This document shows, piece after piece, positions 1 through 12,473 of a stretch of 64,000 nt of DNA; the stretch's first letter is position 1, and every line of letters starts with the position of its first letter. The notes beneath the pieces were generated by a model. The model searched no databases. It was not told the DNA's origin and worked only from the letters and a program-made list of their open reading frames with translations. This DNA comes from Azolla caroliniana (Eukaryota > Plantae > Polypodiophyta), in the NCBI GenBank assembly GCA_043228905.1, contig JBHGNT010000005.1:10416001-10480000 (forward strand). Reading direction: 5' to 3'. The translations under genes were made by a program, and so were the position numbers.

Positions 1-167
1 GTACTCCTGAAGTTTCTAGAATGTTCCAGAGAAATCTGGAATATACATCAATTTTCTATAGTAAAACTTAAACGAAAATAATATTCTTCGTATGTCAAGA
101 GCTCGACCCATGTAACATAAGGTCATGGGTTCAAATCTTTCCATATCATGATATGTCCCCCTTTTAA
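1..167 (-). mobile_element. Partial LTR plus PPT of a Tcn1-like chromovirus (same family as 28791-34530)
   Basis: Near-identical to 29066-29235 and 34366-34530; ends ...ccatatcatgata followed by ccccctttt (minus-strand polypurine tract), then abuts a Copia LTR. Confidence 0.8.
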
Positions 168-871
168 CAATTTACAAAGGAGAAAGACTCAACAATTTAC
201 AAGGTGGGAGGAGGGTGCTTTATATAGTCACCCTCTCTCTTCATTAACTACAAGACTCATGGAGCATGGGGAATGTGAAAGCTCATAAGTTATGTGTCAT
301 AGAATATGATTCTATGACTCATACTAAATGCTAGAATACAAAGTGGTGACATAATGGTGACTCTTGACCGTTGGAGTGTCTATTCACTCTCAAGGTGAGT
401 TCACACACTAGACCAAGTTGAGCTTGATTCTCAACACACCCCCTCAAGCTCAAGTCGGGTCGGTTTCAGACAGTATCTGAAATTCGCTTCGACTCGCGTT
501 CCGAAGTCCGCATCGACTCGCATTTATGTGGAGTTGCGGAATCCGTGCTCCAGCTTGCGTTGTGCGTAGTTGCGAAGTATGTGCTTCGGCTTGCGTCTTT
601 CTGTGTGGTCTCCTTTGATGTAGCTCCAATAGCCTTGTCCGACAAGGTATTGGTGCATCTTGTACTCCCAAGATGCGAAGTTGTTTCGATCCAACTTCTC
701 GGTAGGGAGAGCGCTCCCCATTTGAGTATTCATTATGTCGATTCTTCTTCTTCTTCTTCTCTCTTCGAATGCAAGATATGTAGAGAACCTACGATAGCGA
801 TGAGCCGGTTCTTCTTAAACGTTGGCGTAGAACTCAACACACGCGGATGGGCTAGATTGAGCTACCAAACC

Positions 872-883
872 GCTCTGATACCA
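872..883 (-). promoter_or_regulatory. Primer-binding site, tRNA-iMet
   Basis: gctctgatacca, the reverse complement of TGGTATCAGAGC, directly next to the LTR terminus. Confidence 0.9.
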
Positions 884-992
884 TGTAATGAATCGGATAT
901 GATTCTTGTGAAGCAGAAGAGATGTGAGTTATGTGTGTGTATGAGAGAGAGAGTGAGTGAGAGAGACAAGGAGTAAGACATAGAGAATACGT

Positions 993-1862
993 TGTCGCGA
1001 TGTTACGCGCGTGCGTATAGAAGGGGCGGGACCACGGGGGTCTTGGACTAGGGAGTGACGGATCGTAGGAAGCCGACTTCTCTCCGGTCCCGGCTGCACT
1101 GATGGTGGCGTGAACCGGAGCGATTCCGGACGCGTACTGGTGGCTACCAAACGCGAGAGAGGAAGAGAGGGAGAGAACATGCGCGCAACACCGACACAAC
1201 GCACACCTCTTATGTACAGGAAACACAGGGAAGGGAAAGCACCCGACACCGATAGAGACACAAATATGCACAACCCTGTATATATATATATATATATATA
1301 TGATTACAAGAGTGAGTTACAACTCCTACTCCGACTCGGACTGAGGTAGGCTAGGTCGCAACGGCAGTCTGCCGCCAAGCCGCCATCGAGGAGCTGTCGG
1401 GCTCATCGCGCCGAGCAAGGTCTTGCACAGGAGGCCGAGCAGAAGCAACCTACAACAGGGAGAGATACCACCCCGGCCGCGAGCCGGCTACGCACAGAAG
1501 AAGAAGAGTTAACCTAATAGCTTTCCCGCCATAGCTGCCACTCGAGTTCTCGAGAAGGAGGAGGAGCAGAGGAAAAAAGAAGGAGAAAGAATGTCACTAA
1601 CCCTAGGAACGAAGCACAAAATGGTATACCCTTACAACTCAAAATGGGCAACCCCTTCACAAGAGGCGCTCCCTTCCTTTTATAGAACAAGGAGGGAGAT
1701 GCGCTACAATGTGGGATAAATCCCGACTTACATGGGATTCTCTATCCCAATCTTGACTCCTACTATTCACACTAAATGTACAAGGGTGATCGCACATGCT
1801 GCACCCCGTCGATGTAGCCAATATTTCCCGGTTTCCGCCTCTGGCCGAAATTCTTCACGACA
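993..1862 (-). repeat. 3' LTR of the tRNA-Trp element, containing a (TA)n microsatellite
   Basis: Direct repeat of 5504-6393; termini tgtcgcga...tcacgaca. Confidence 0.95.
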
Positions 1863-4800
1863 TCCACCCCACCAAACCGCACGTCCACCGGTACGTGCCA
1901 AATCTAGTGAAGGGTGAGAGATTTCGGCCGGTGAGAAACCGGTCTTCCGTAATCCGCATCCCGGCTTGCTCCTGGTTTGAATCGTTGGCCTCGATTCTTC
2001 CTTCGTGCTTACCTCCCCTTAGGCTCGTTCGAGCTGTCGATGGGTCTTTCGCCGTGATCTCCGTAGTACGCATACTTTCGTTGGCCTTTGTTCAGCCGTA
2101 TGCACACCCCGCTCTCCGCCGTAGTGGCCCGCTTGGCCTCCGTCGACCATCCGTGTTGTCCTGATTGCCGTCCCATGTTGTTTCGCGTTGCCTTCGTCCT
2201 CTTGCCGCCACCTTCCTTCTCCATGGTCTTACGTCGCCACGTCAGCTCGAACCGCCATGGTCTCCGGAACAGTGTGGAGGATCCTTCTCTGGCCTTCTAC
2301 GCGCTACCTCCGAACCGCGCAACCCCTCGTCTGTTGTTTGGCACTGCCTATGCCGCACTCCGGTTCATTGCACGCCTTGTCGGCCCCTTTCCCGGCCAGA
2401 TCGTGCATCGCCGCCCATCCGCATACCGGTGTCCTCCGCATCTAAGGAACACCCCATAGTAGCCCGCTTGGCCCTTCCCGTTTTGCGCTGTAGCAACAGG
2501 TCCCGAGTCTTCCGCTCGTCGTCGTCCCCTCACCCCCATCAGCTTGTCATCCCGGGCTTGCCGTGTCAGTCTTCGCTACTCTAACTGAGTTGCCGAGATC
2601 TACGAAGCGAGTGTGGAGGATCCTCCTCCGGACTCCCTTGTCATCCCCTGACTCCGACCTTGTGCAGTCCACTATGCACTCGTCACCTCGTTCCCGGCAC
2701 CTCCCTTGTGCCGTCTTCCACTTCCTTTGTTCGACACCGCCTGTGCCGAACACCGTCTCGTTGTCACGCTTCGATCCGGCTCGCGATGGCCACTTGCGAG
2801 ACTCTTGTTCCTCCCCAGGTGTGCTTTTCCAACCCAACACACCTCCCCGTGTTTGCCCCTACCGTAACCGGCCAGTAAGGGTTTTGCACTCCGTCCGCCC
2901 CCGTCTTACCGACTCCCGATCCGCTATCTCGTGTCGTCGGGTCCCGTTCTCCTGTCGCCACCGATCTCTCCTATAGGACTCACGCCGGCACGAGGGCCGA
3001 CAGCCGTATCAGTGTGAGAATCTCCGTAGGACCGGTCTTCATTGTACTCTTGCCGAAATTCGGGTGTCTTCTGTCGGAGTCCTCCACGACTCTCCTCGTG
3101 TCTTCTGCGTGGCCGGGTCCCGCCTTCGTGTTGTCGGGTCCCGTTTCCCGCCGCCACCAACCTTCTCTCTCGGTCTCATGTTGCCATGTTGGCCGAACTG
3201 CCAGAGTCTCTAGTTTGGTGTGGGGATCCTGTAGGACCGGACTTCCTTATGCCCACTGACCTTGCCGGAAGATTTGAGATGGTCCGTAGCCGCCTCGCCG
3301 GCCTCATACCTCCTTGCCGTTCGTCACTTCCTGTTGTCCGATCACGTTCTCCTGCCGCCACCGTCCATCTCCCTAGGTCTCACACCGGCTCTCGCTAGCC
3401 TGCCGCCGGAGTCTCCGGGTCGGTGTGAGTGTCTTCGTGGGACTTCCTCTTTCACCGTTTTCCGCCCTTGTCCCCTCGCCGTCACCGTCAGTATCTTGGT
3501 CTTACGTCGACCGTGTTGCCGACTGCCGAAGTCTCTAGATCCGGTGTGAAGGATCCTCCTTGGGCCTCCGATTTGTCTTCCCGACCCTGTCCCGGGTCGT
3601 CCTTCTCCGCATGCCGAGAGGGCGGTTTGCTCCGCACCCTCTCCTGTGGTACTGACATACCGATTTCCTTCCTTCCGGATTGGTTATATCCGGAAACACA
3701 TCCTCCTTGTTATCGTCCATGTCTGTTCGCATTGGCCGTTCCCGTTTCCCGCCGCCACCGTCCTTCTCTCTAGGTCTCATGTTCCCACGTAGGCCGAACT
3801 GCCAGAGTCTCTGGATCGGTGTGGGCATCCTGTAGGATTGGTTGCTTTCACCCTCACTCACCTGTGCTTCTTTTGAACTCTTCGCCCTCCTTCTCGCGTA
3901 CCCGCCTCCATCTCCCCTCTCTCCAGGTCTCACGCCGGCTCTCGTTGTCGGCTGCTTGAGTCTCCAGATAAGACGTGGTGTTTCCGTCCCGTAATGATTT
4001 GCGGACGCTCGTTCGGGGTACCGCTCCCCAAGCACGTTCGGTGAGAAGCATCTGGACTTCGACTGATCAAGTGCCACCTGCACTTGATTCTCCAATGTCC
4101 GGAGTTTCAGGCAGCGGTGTTCGAAACCTACCAGTCTCTCTCCGCAACCTCGATCGCTAGCTTCCCGATTTGCGGCCTTCGCTTGGCCAACTTGTGTCCT
4201 CATGTAAAAGAGGGCGATTTTTTTTGCACCCTCTTCCGCGCCGGCACTATTGTACCGAACTGAGCCCTACCGATCGGGCTCTATAACCCGTCCCTGGTCT
4301 TTCGTGCCTCGGGCCGGTTTCGGTCGAGTCATCCACATCCGGATCACGCTCCATCCGAATCGGAATGCCGATCTTCTCGTGCCACCTCCGTCCTTGGCCT
4401 CCTCGCAGGCCGTTTCCCATCCCTCTTCTCTGGCATCATGCCAAGACTCCTCGTCGGCGCCTTCCTTCTCTCCGATCTGATGTCGGCACACGGGCTTGAC
4501 CACCGGAGTCTCCAGAATCCGTGTGGAGGGCTCTTCTCCGCTCCCGACCTTGTCCTCGGTCGGAAATTCTCCGCAAATCGAGAGGGCATCATGCTCCTCA
4601 CCCTCTCCCGTGGTACCGTCATACCTTCCCTCGGCCACTGCCTGGGCCATGTCCATCTCGTCCGGAAGGCCGACTAGCTCTAGGTCTCCGGAACCCGACT
4701 GTGTGCTAGATCTTTCTTCTTCTTCGACCATCACCTTCAGAGCCTCGTACGCTTCCGCAATCCTGGCCCCGACGCTGACCCTTGCCAACTCCCTTTGCCG

Positions 4801-5466
4801 TCCGGCCTCTTCCCGTTGTGATGGCACGCCGTCACGCGCCTACCCCTTAGCCTTCTCGGCTCGCTCGTCGTCTAGCCGTTGACATATCCTTCCGACCTTC
4901 GACCAGTCCTCCGTAAGCCCATTCTCTCCATCATCGTTTTCGAGCTCAATCCTGATGGCCTCCCGTTCTGCTCGGTCGATCGATCTGACGAACAATAGGA
5001 CTTTGTCCGCCCCCACCAAACCTTGTTCCTGCTCCAGGAGCCCAGCAAGCCATCACTCGAACTCTCGGAACGCCTTCGTAGCGCCCCGGTGGGTCTTTGT
5101 TGATGCTACCCACTTGTCGAAGTCGTGTCGTCCCTGGCTCTTCCGTCGTCCTCCATATGCCTGCAGGAGCGCCTCTTCAAAAGCCTCCCACAAACTATGA
5201 GCTTCTCGTAGCTCCTTCACTTCCACGTGCATACAGACGGCGACAGCCCGATAGAAGAACTCCAGCCTCAATGCTTCATCCACGTCTCGCTCCTCCATTT
5301 CCGCTTGTAGGCTTCCAAGTAAGATGGGACTTTGTCCCTGTTGAAACGGCCGACTCTTTCGACCACTCGCTCGACCGCTTGCTGCGCCAACTCTCGTCTT
5401 GCTGTCGCTCGTCTCCCTCACTACTTCGACGAAAAGTTGTGCGAAGTCGTCTTCTTCCAACTCCAT
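1863..5466 (-). pseudogene. Frameshifted Gag plus disordered-tail ORF
   Basis: ATG at 5466; LEFFYRAV...HSLWEAFEEALLQAYG...FDKWVAS aligns with LEFFRRAA...HESWESFEGALMEAYG...FDRWVAS of the 56409-59876 ORF; shares WHDARE and the terminal FGTYRWxCG. Confidence 0.75.
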
Positions 5467-5481
5467 TCTCCCTTGCCGCCC

Positions 5482-5499
5482 TTCACGTCGGGTTCACCA
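5482..5499 (-). promoter_or_regulatory. Primer-binding site complementary to tRNA-Trp
   Basis: The + strand reads ttcacgtcgggttcacca, matching the 3' 18 nt of plant cytosolic tRNA-Trp(CCA) as I recall it; 4 nt from the LTR. Confidence 0.85.
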
Positions 5500-5503
5500 A
5501 ATA

Positions 5504-5786
5504 TGTCGCGATGTTACGCACGTGCGTATAGAAGGGGCGGGACCACGGGGGTCTTGGACTAGGGAGTGACAGAGTGTAGGAAGCCGACTTCTCTCCGGTT
5601 CCGGCTGCACTGATGGTGGCGCGAACCGGAGCGATTCCGGAAGCATACCGGTGGCTACCAAACGCAAGAGAGGAAGAGAGGGAGAGAACACACGCGCAAC
5701 ACTGACACAACGCACACCTCTTATGTACAGGAAACACAGGGAAGGGAAAGCACCCGACATCGACAGAGACACAAATATGCACAACC

Positions 5787-5835
<49 letters not shown>

Positions 5836-6393
5836 TACAAGAGTGAGTTACAACTCCTACTCCGACTCGGACTGAGGTAGGCTAGGTCGCAACGGCAGTC
5901 TGCCGCCAAGCCGCCATCGAGGAGCTGTCGGGCTCATCGCGCCGAGCAGGGTCTTGCACAGGAGGCCGAGCAAAAGCAACCTACAACAGGGAGAGATACC
6001 ACCCCGGCCGCGAGCCGGCTACGCACAGAAGAAGAAGAGTTAACCTAATAGCTTTCCCGCCATAGCTGCCACTCGAGTTCTCGAGAAGGAGGAGGAGCAG
6101 AGGAAAAAAGAAGGAGAAAGAATGTCACTAACCCTAGGAACGAAGCACAAAATGGTATACCCTTACAACTCAAAATGGGCAACCCCTTCACAAGAGGCGC
6201 TCCCTTCCTTTTATAGAACAAGGAGGGAGATGCGCTACAATGTGGGATAAATCCCGACTTACATGGGATTCTCTGTCCCAATCTTGACTCCTACTATTCA
6301 CTCTAAATGTACAAGGGTGATCGCACATGCTGCACCCCGTCGATGTAGCCAATATTTCTCGGTTTCCGCCTCTGGCTGAAATTCTTCACGACA
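5504..6393 (-). repeat. 5' LTR of the tRNA-Trp element
   Basis: Direct repeat of 993-1862; TATA-like CTATAAAAGG on the minus strand near 6207-6216. Confidence 0.95.
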
Positions 6394-8994
6394 ACGCAAG
6401 GTAAAGTATATTAACAAAGGAGAAAGACTCAACAATTTACAAGGTGGGAGGAGGGTGCTTTATATAGTCACCCTCTCTCTTCATTAACTACAAGACTCAT
6501 GGAGCATGGGGAATGTGAAAGCTCATAAGTTATGTGTCATAGAATATGATTCTATAACTCATACTAAATGCTAGAATACAAAATGGTGACATAATGGTGA
6601 CTCTTGACCGTTGGAGTGTCTATTCACTCTCAAGGTGAGTTCACACACTAGACCAAGTTGAGCTTGATTCTCAACAATTCTCAACATAATATATAAAAGC
6701 ACTCTTCATTATTTATACAAGTCCTCCATGATCATGTTATGGATTGGTTCTAGCATATATTCTTCAACTTGGTTTCATAGATCCTCGCCTCTTGCTAAAT
6801 TTGGTTTGCTTTTACTTAATTGATGGATATATATATATATATATATGGTTGGTAGGAGAATATCATAGAGATGTTCTAGAATATCTGATGGAGTGCTAAA
6901 ACATAGGAGAAAGTGGCAGGGTCAATGTTGGAGGTAGTGAAGAGAGGCAAATACCTCACGACCTCCAATGTGCGTAGGTTCATTCGTGGTGGGTGTTTTG
7001 AGGAGGGGCAACCTCCTAACTGAGACATATAGGACAAAGCTCTATTGGAGCCCTTTTTTATTATCCCAACGAGGACTCTTACCTTGATCCGGCTCTTCAA
7101 TTCCAAACAAGGTTATAAAAAATTCCAAAAGTCAAATGAAGCCTCAATTTTTCTTGCACGTGCTTCAAGCATCTGTGAATTACTTATGAGTACATAAGCA
7201 AGGAATGGGCTTTGAGTAACTCGTTTTCTCTTGAGGGAAAACCTTTCGTTTTGAGAGGATGGAAGGTTTGTGTAGTGAGAGATTCACTCATTAACAACTT
7301 TAGATGTAGCCATTAAGGATCAATAGATTTCTACAAGATTCCAACAGGTTTTCAATGTCTAACACGAGATTTACTCTAACACTAATGATTCTAGTTTATC
7401 ATTCTCTAAACAAAGAACGAATCGAACAATGAAACAATCCTTTTACACAAGAAGGAATCGGATTAAAAATCAATGTTACAATTCTATGAAGGTCGCATGA
7501 TATAGAGAAATTTGGTAGCCACTTTGGTTTGGTGGAGATCACAATAAATATGAAGCTTGTTACTCTTGATTTAGGAGTAGAAGATGGCAAAGTTGAACTC
7601 AAGTGAAAACATCACACTACAAAGGTCAACATATCACATACAAATGAGACTTAAATCATCAAGATAACCCGCAAGATCACAATCCTTTTTAAATCATCCT
7701 TGCCATTTTATTGAATACATGCCATTCTTTCCTCACATCCATCATGAAAGTCTTATCTTATTTGAGATCATAATAAAGATGAAACAATTTTCATGTTTAT
7801 GTCATGCTTTCTAGACATGTGTCATATCGATTCACTAAGAAATTCATCATTACTTAGTCAACCATTGTTTTAAAACTCAGAATACAAGTAGCAAGCATTG
7901 AAGATTTCACGATTTTTAGAACGTATATTGTTTTCAATAATTGGTATGTTAGTATAAATACATGTGTAACCATAGTTGCTTGACAAGAGTTTCATATATG
8001 TATTGCAATCATGTTGGCATTTGAAAGAAATGTTTATGAGCCTCGAGAAATGGGTTTTCCTCCATTGAAAGGTAACAAGTGTCAGTTTACATGAGTGACC
8101 CTAGCCCTACCCACAATCATTGATAACAACAATAGATTAGCCTCTTCTTTTAGAAGAATGAGTATGAAAAATATAAAACCATGATTTGGAGCATGAAATA
8201 TGCGTAATATGGTAATACAAGGGTATGAGTACTTCTATGGGATCATTGCTCTACAACTAGGTCATGAATGTCTATTTGTCCAACTCGTGTTCTATTTACT
8301 AGTTTCATGAAATCGATCAAGTATGTATGCTCAACATACACCACCCACATCGGGGTGGCCACTCATGCATGACAATGTAATGATGGCATCTAATTGCCAT
8401 ATTTCAATGTGATCGTCTACTAAGGAGCATGATGAGTATCTTTGAGTTTTCTAACAAATGCAAGTGTGGGAATGAGCACTTGCAAACTCGAGCACGATGA
8501 CTTTGTTTTTAGTTTGCAAAACTAATGAAGGCACAAAACATAGTACAAGAGACTCAACCTGCATGCGATTATAATTTTGCAAAAATTCTCAAACATGATA
8601 AGGCATTAATTTGGCAATAAGAAATGATGGAGTACACTTGCAATCCTCTAAATACAAATGATTAATCCAAGGTCAATGGTACACACATCTAGCTATGTAC
8701 GATATAGAATGCAGAGAAACTCTAGTCAAAACATAATCATGCATTGGGCTCAATAGTGGCTGGGTGAGAGAGTAATAGCCCACCCGGTCTTAACATAAGT
8801 GTGCGTACTTCACTTGGTTCATGGAAGTGGATGCCGATGCCTATGACACTTTTGTGGCATTTCTTACCCCAAAGGTTTAAAACCATAGAAATGATGTCTT
8901 GAGATCCCAATTGAGTAATTCTTTGGAAAACTCATTAAGTTTGTTTCCCGCCTAATTCTTACCATATCCACACACAATATACAGCTCTCCATTG

Positions 8995-8995
<1 letters not shown>

Positions 8996-9043
<48 letters not shown>

Positions 9044-9061
9044 ATCTCTCTCTCTCTCTCT
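8996..9061. repeat. Compound (CT)n(CA)n(CT)n microsatellite
   Basis: Directly visible. Confidence 0.95.
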
Positions 9062-10217
9062 GGTTACACATATATTATGTATGTATGTATGTGTAAGATG
9101 GTAGGAAGCATTTTCCATATAGTTAGCCTCTCTAGGCAATGCCCAAGAATGATTGATTTAAGTGCTTAACTCTACCTCCCCCACCCCAAGTCCTTAAACT
9201 ATTAGTGGCTCTTTGTTGGCATGCCTCACTATTGCATAAGTCCTTTATTTTCCCCTATTGTTTGGGTCCTAGGACCTTCGAGGATGGCTATATCAATGCT
9301 AGTTCATATTCACATTTCGAAAAATCTTATCTTCATTTATGCAATGGTCTTAGTGTAGTGGTCGAATTGATTGGATTGGCCTTTGGTTCTAGTCACATGA
9401 GTGCCACCATCGCTGACACACATCACACTTTTGGTCTATGCTCATGTACATACATACATACATGTCTTGCTCTTCTCAAATTCAATTTCACTCGTTGCCA
9501 GTTGGAGTTGATTAAATTCAATTATACATACATGAGTGATATTTAATTGAGATTTGGGGTCAAACAAGTCGTTGCCGGTTGGAGCTAATTACTTTTATGT
9601 GTTAGAATACACATGATTCACAAACCTTGCAATTAATCACTCGCTTGGCCAAATACTGTTTAGTGCCTAGATTCATTGAGTGAGTGATATATCTACTAAC
9701 TTATGGTGTGCCTTTATTAGTCCATACTCTCGTTATGCTAAGAGAACCTAGTTTTAAGAGTTATATTTGTAAATCCCAAATGTTGTTGGCATTTAGAGAA
9801 GAAAATTGAAGTGCATCAATCATATTGTGTGCTATGAACATAACAATCTCGTTGTTCATTGTCCTTGAGCATGCTCATAACATTTCTCTCTACCGTCCTC
9901 ATGGATGGATGATTGGATTATTGTGTTACAACTCATGAATCCCAATGAATCTGATAAAGATAATGCCCTCCTAAGAGCTCACATACTTTCCGATCTCGAT
10001 CAATGATGACGGAAATTGAGATATTTTCAGGAAATGTGATGGCAACATTCTAAGTTTGTAATTCAAGACGAAATCATAAAGTCTGAGGAGGTGGAGGAGG
10101 AGGAAGGTTGGAGGTGGAGATGGAGATGGAGATGGAGATGAAAAAATGGAAACAAAAAAGTTAGGATAACAGAGGAAAGGCTAAAAAAAAAAGGTCCTAT
10201 TTATTTAACTGTAGTTT

Positions 10218-11930
10218 TTAGGCGCTCTTTGAATGCTGCAGAATCCTCTTGGCATAAGAGAACCAAATCATGCTCAGGATTCGGAGGGGGACCATCAATA
10301 CGAGCTCACAGAGAGCCCTGCTGAGGGTCTCGGCCGGGAGGGTGCCGCGGCCCAGAACCCCCAGTAGGTATGACACTGTGTTGGTGGTGGCCAGATATTC
10401 ACCTCTCATCGCTGTCTCCATCACTCTCCGAGCCACTTCCTCCGGTGTCTGCGCCCTCGACCTGTCGTAGAAACACAGCTTCTCGATCAATGCAGATGTC
10501 TTCGACGCACTGTCCACTATATTATATTTTGATGAAAAGGAAAACAAAAACCCAAACAGAAGTTAGAAAAAAATTGCATGGAAAGAAATGGCCTCCCAAT
10601 CCAGCTCACATTATTATTAAGAATTTGGGTGAAAAGCACTCCCTCCCCCATGTGTAGATCAACATGATTCTTGTAAAAGCAATCAGGTTCTATGTTGTAG
10701 AAGCCCTCTAGTTTTTGCAAAGTTTTATTGGAAGATAAACAACAAAATGAAGTGGTAAATCCATCAGAAGGGTAGTATGTGGTATGTAAGTATGTGGTAT
10801 GTGGTATGTAAGTATGTGGTATGTGGTGTGTGGTATGTAAGTATGTGGTATGTGGTATGTGGTGTGTGGTATGTAAGTATGTAGTATGTATCCAAAAGAA
10901 CAACAGACTGTCAGCAGGATTATGGATAGATTGCATATGCATGACATCTGTCTTAAACAGATATATAGTTTGGCTTGTTGGGGTAGGTTGTTTTGTGTTG
11001 GATTTACCTTCATCCAGCATTGAAGTTTCTGTGAAGGGTGGACAGGCAAATGTTACTGGGATGTTAGATGGCATCAGTTCGATCCTCATGTAATCAGCAA
11101 GTCCTTTCAAGGCATGCTTGGTTGCAGTGTATAAGTTAGCTTCGGCTAAGAATGCCTGCAAATAAACCAATTAGGGTGCCTAAAATGTATAAGCATGTGA
11201 GCACCATCTTGAGAGGTGATATGATGAACTATGTAAAACCACAAATTAGATGGGGTTTTTTAATTTATTTTTTACCAAACTTGCAGATGAGCCCATGATG
11301 ATGACTGAACATGGGGTGTGAAAGCTCCTTGATTTCATATGAGGAAGGGCAGAATGTAAGGGGAACACACAACCTAAGAAATTGGTTCTTGTCAGATACT
11401 CCAATTGCTTAATCTCAAGTTCGTCTAGATGACCTTTGCATCCTAATCCCGCATTACAAACCAATATGTCAATAGGTCTCCATTTTAAGCTCCCCTGTAC
11501 AGCCGATGAGACCCCTACCGCATCTCCTACATCAACAGCCTACATACAAATGGGCATAGCTAAGAACACTCTTTTGAGTACAGAAAGCAAAAAGGAATTT
11601 GGCAAGTGGCAAGCCATGAAGAAATATATTTAGTGATAATACCTCGTAACGGATCATGTCCGATGGAAACCCCATGGTTTTGGTGAGAACTTCATAAGCA
11701 TTGACGAGTTTCGCATGCGTCTTGGAGATGAGGGTCACATAGGCCCCTTGTGAGAGGCAGAGCTTTGCCAAAGCAAAGCCAATGCCACTTGATCCACCTG
11801 TGATGAACACATGTTTGTCCTTAAGGCTGGTTATATGCTTGGGTTTCTTTCCAAGGAAAACCAAAAGCAGTAATGCCACAGCAGTGAAACCCGAAACAAT
11901 GGTGACTAGGGTCTCAGAGAAGTTATCCAT
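10218..11930 (-). CDS. TSC10: 3-ketodihydrosphingosine reductase (TSC10/KDSR)-like short-chain dehydrogenase; 4 exons: 11930-11643, 11539-11276, 11155-11008, 10516-10218; 332 aa
   Basis: N-terminal hydrophobic anchor, TGGSSGIG NAD(P)-binding motif, CNAG, catalytic YTATK, PPFTET and C-terminal hydrophobic segments. All three introns are GT-AG and join in frame (288+264+148+299 = 999 nt). The SDR call is firm; TSC10 orthology is inferred. Confidence 0.85.
10772..10890. repeat. Low-complexity (GTATGTG/GTATGTAA)n tandem repeat in intron 3
   Basis: Directly visible; explains the spurious HTTY/HIP-repeat ORFs. Confidence 0.9.
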
Positions 11931-12387
11931 CTTTAGCTCTCTCTGGCTCTCAAACACCTATACAGTGTAAGCATGTATGGAAGAAGAGGAGCAAAAATAC
12001 TGTCTCAATTGTTGAGACCCCTCATATTTCTTGTATGTGTATAATATGCTTTTCTGGATGAACTCTTGGCTTTTAATCTTCCTTCCTTGGGTTTGGAAAG
12101 TGAGGGAGAATCGATGGTAGCCCTCTCTGCCTTTTTTTTAGAGCAGAAGGGAAAATGAAGGGCATTGATAACAGGCTTACCAATTCCCTGCTGAATGGAT
12201 GCGCATGTCTGGACAAGAAAAGGAAACTTTATGATGATTATCATTGATGGTACCCGTACTGATTGACTGGTAACACCTAGTGTTAGATAGTAACCACTGG
12301 ATGTACCCATATCATGCCATCCACATTTGAGATTCCTTACAAAGTTACATGCAAACATGACCTTCCAGGATCCTATTATATATGACC

Positions 12388-12473
12388 ATGTATGTATGTG
12401 TGCATATGCGTATGTATGTGTAATGTATGTAATGTATGTATGTATGTATGTATGTATGTATGTATGTATGTAT
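12388..12473. repeat. (TATG)n microsatellite upstream of the TSC10-like gene
   Basis: Directly visible. Confidence 0.9.

Larger units (their letters stand above)
993..6393 (-). mobile_element. Non-autonomous Ty3/Gypsy-type LTR element, tRNA-Trp primed, with a frameshifted Gag plus low-complexity tail and no pol
   Basis: LTRs 993-1862 and 5504-6393 (TG...CA); PPT 1863-1880; PBS 5482-5499; flanks acgt/acgc; ORF pieces 5053-5466 and 4267-4827 are homologous to the 1155-aa ORF at 56409-59876. Confidence 0.9.
168..6676 (-). mobile_element. Internally deleted (TRIM-like) Copia LTR element; its 5' LTR is interrupted by the 993-6393 insertion
   Basis: Partial 3' LTR ~168-436 matches 6412-6676; PPT at 437-455; PBS tggtatcagagc (tRNA-iMet) at 872-883; 5' LTR = 884-992 plus 6394-6676; only the first ~41 gag codons remain (MNTQMGSALPTEKLDRNNFASWEYKM). 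Confidence 0.85.

Noticed and set aside
2255-4540. Repeat-spacer-like array suggestive of CRISPR
   Set aside because: The repeats are degenerate, spacing is irregular (about 120-420 bp), some spacers are homologous to each other, there are no cas genes and the context is eukaryotic. It is better explained as coding/internal repeats.
5482-5499. tRNA-Trp gene
   Set aside because: Only the 3' 18 nt including CCA are present, next to an LTR. This is a primer-binding site.
993-6393. DIRS/tyrosine-recombinase or endogenous virus interpretation
   Set aside because: Ordinary direct TG...CA LTRs with PBS and PPT; no YR, RT, envelope or movement-protein motifs are visible.
6870-8980. Faint Gypsy-integrase-like and other TE-like traces
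   Set aside because: Too decayed to assign boundaries or family without alignment.
10517-11007. His/Thr/Tyr-repeat protein in ORFs 10517-11170 and 10708-11049
   Set aside because: Read-through into intron 3 and its simple repeat; GT-AG sites give a clean SDR without it.
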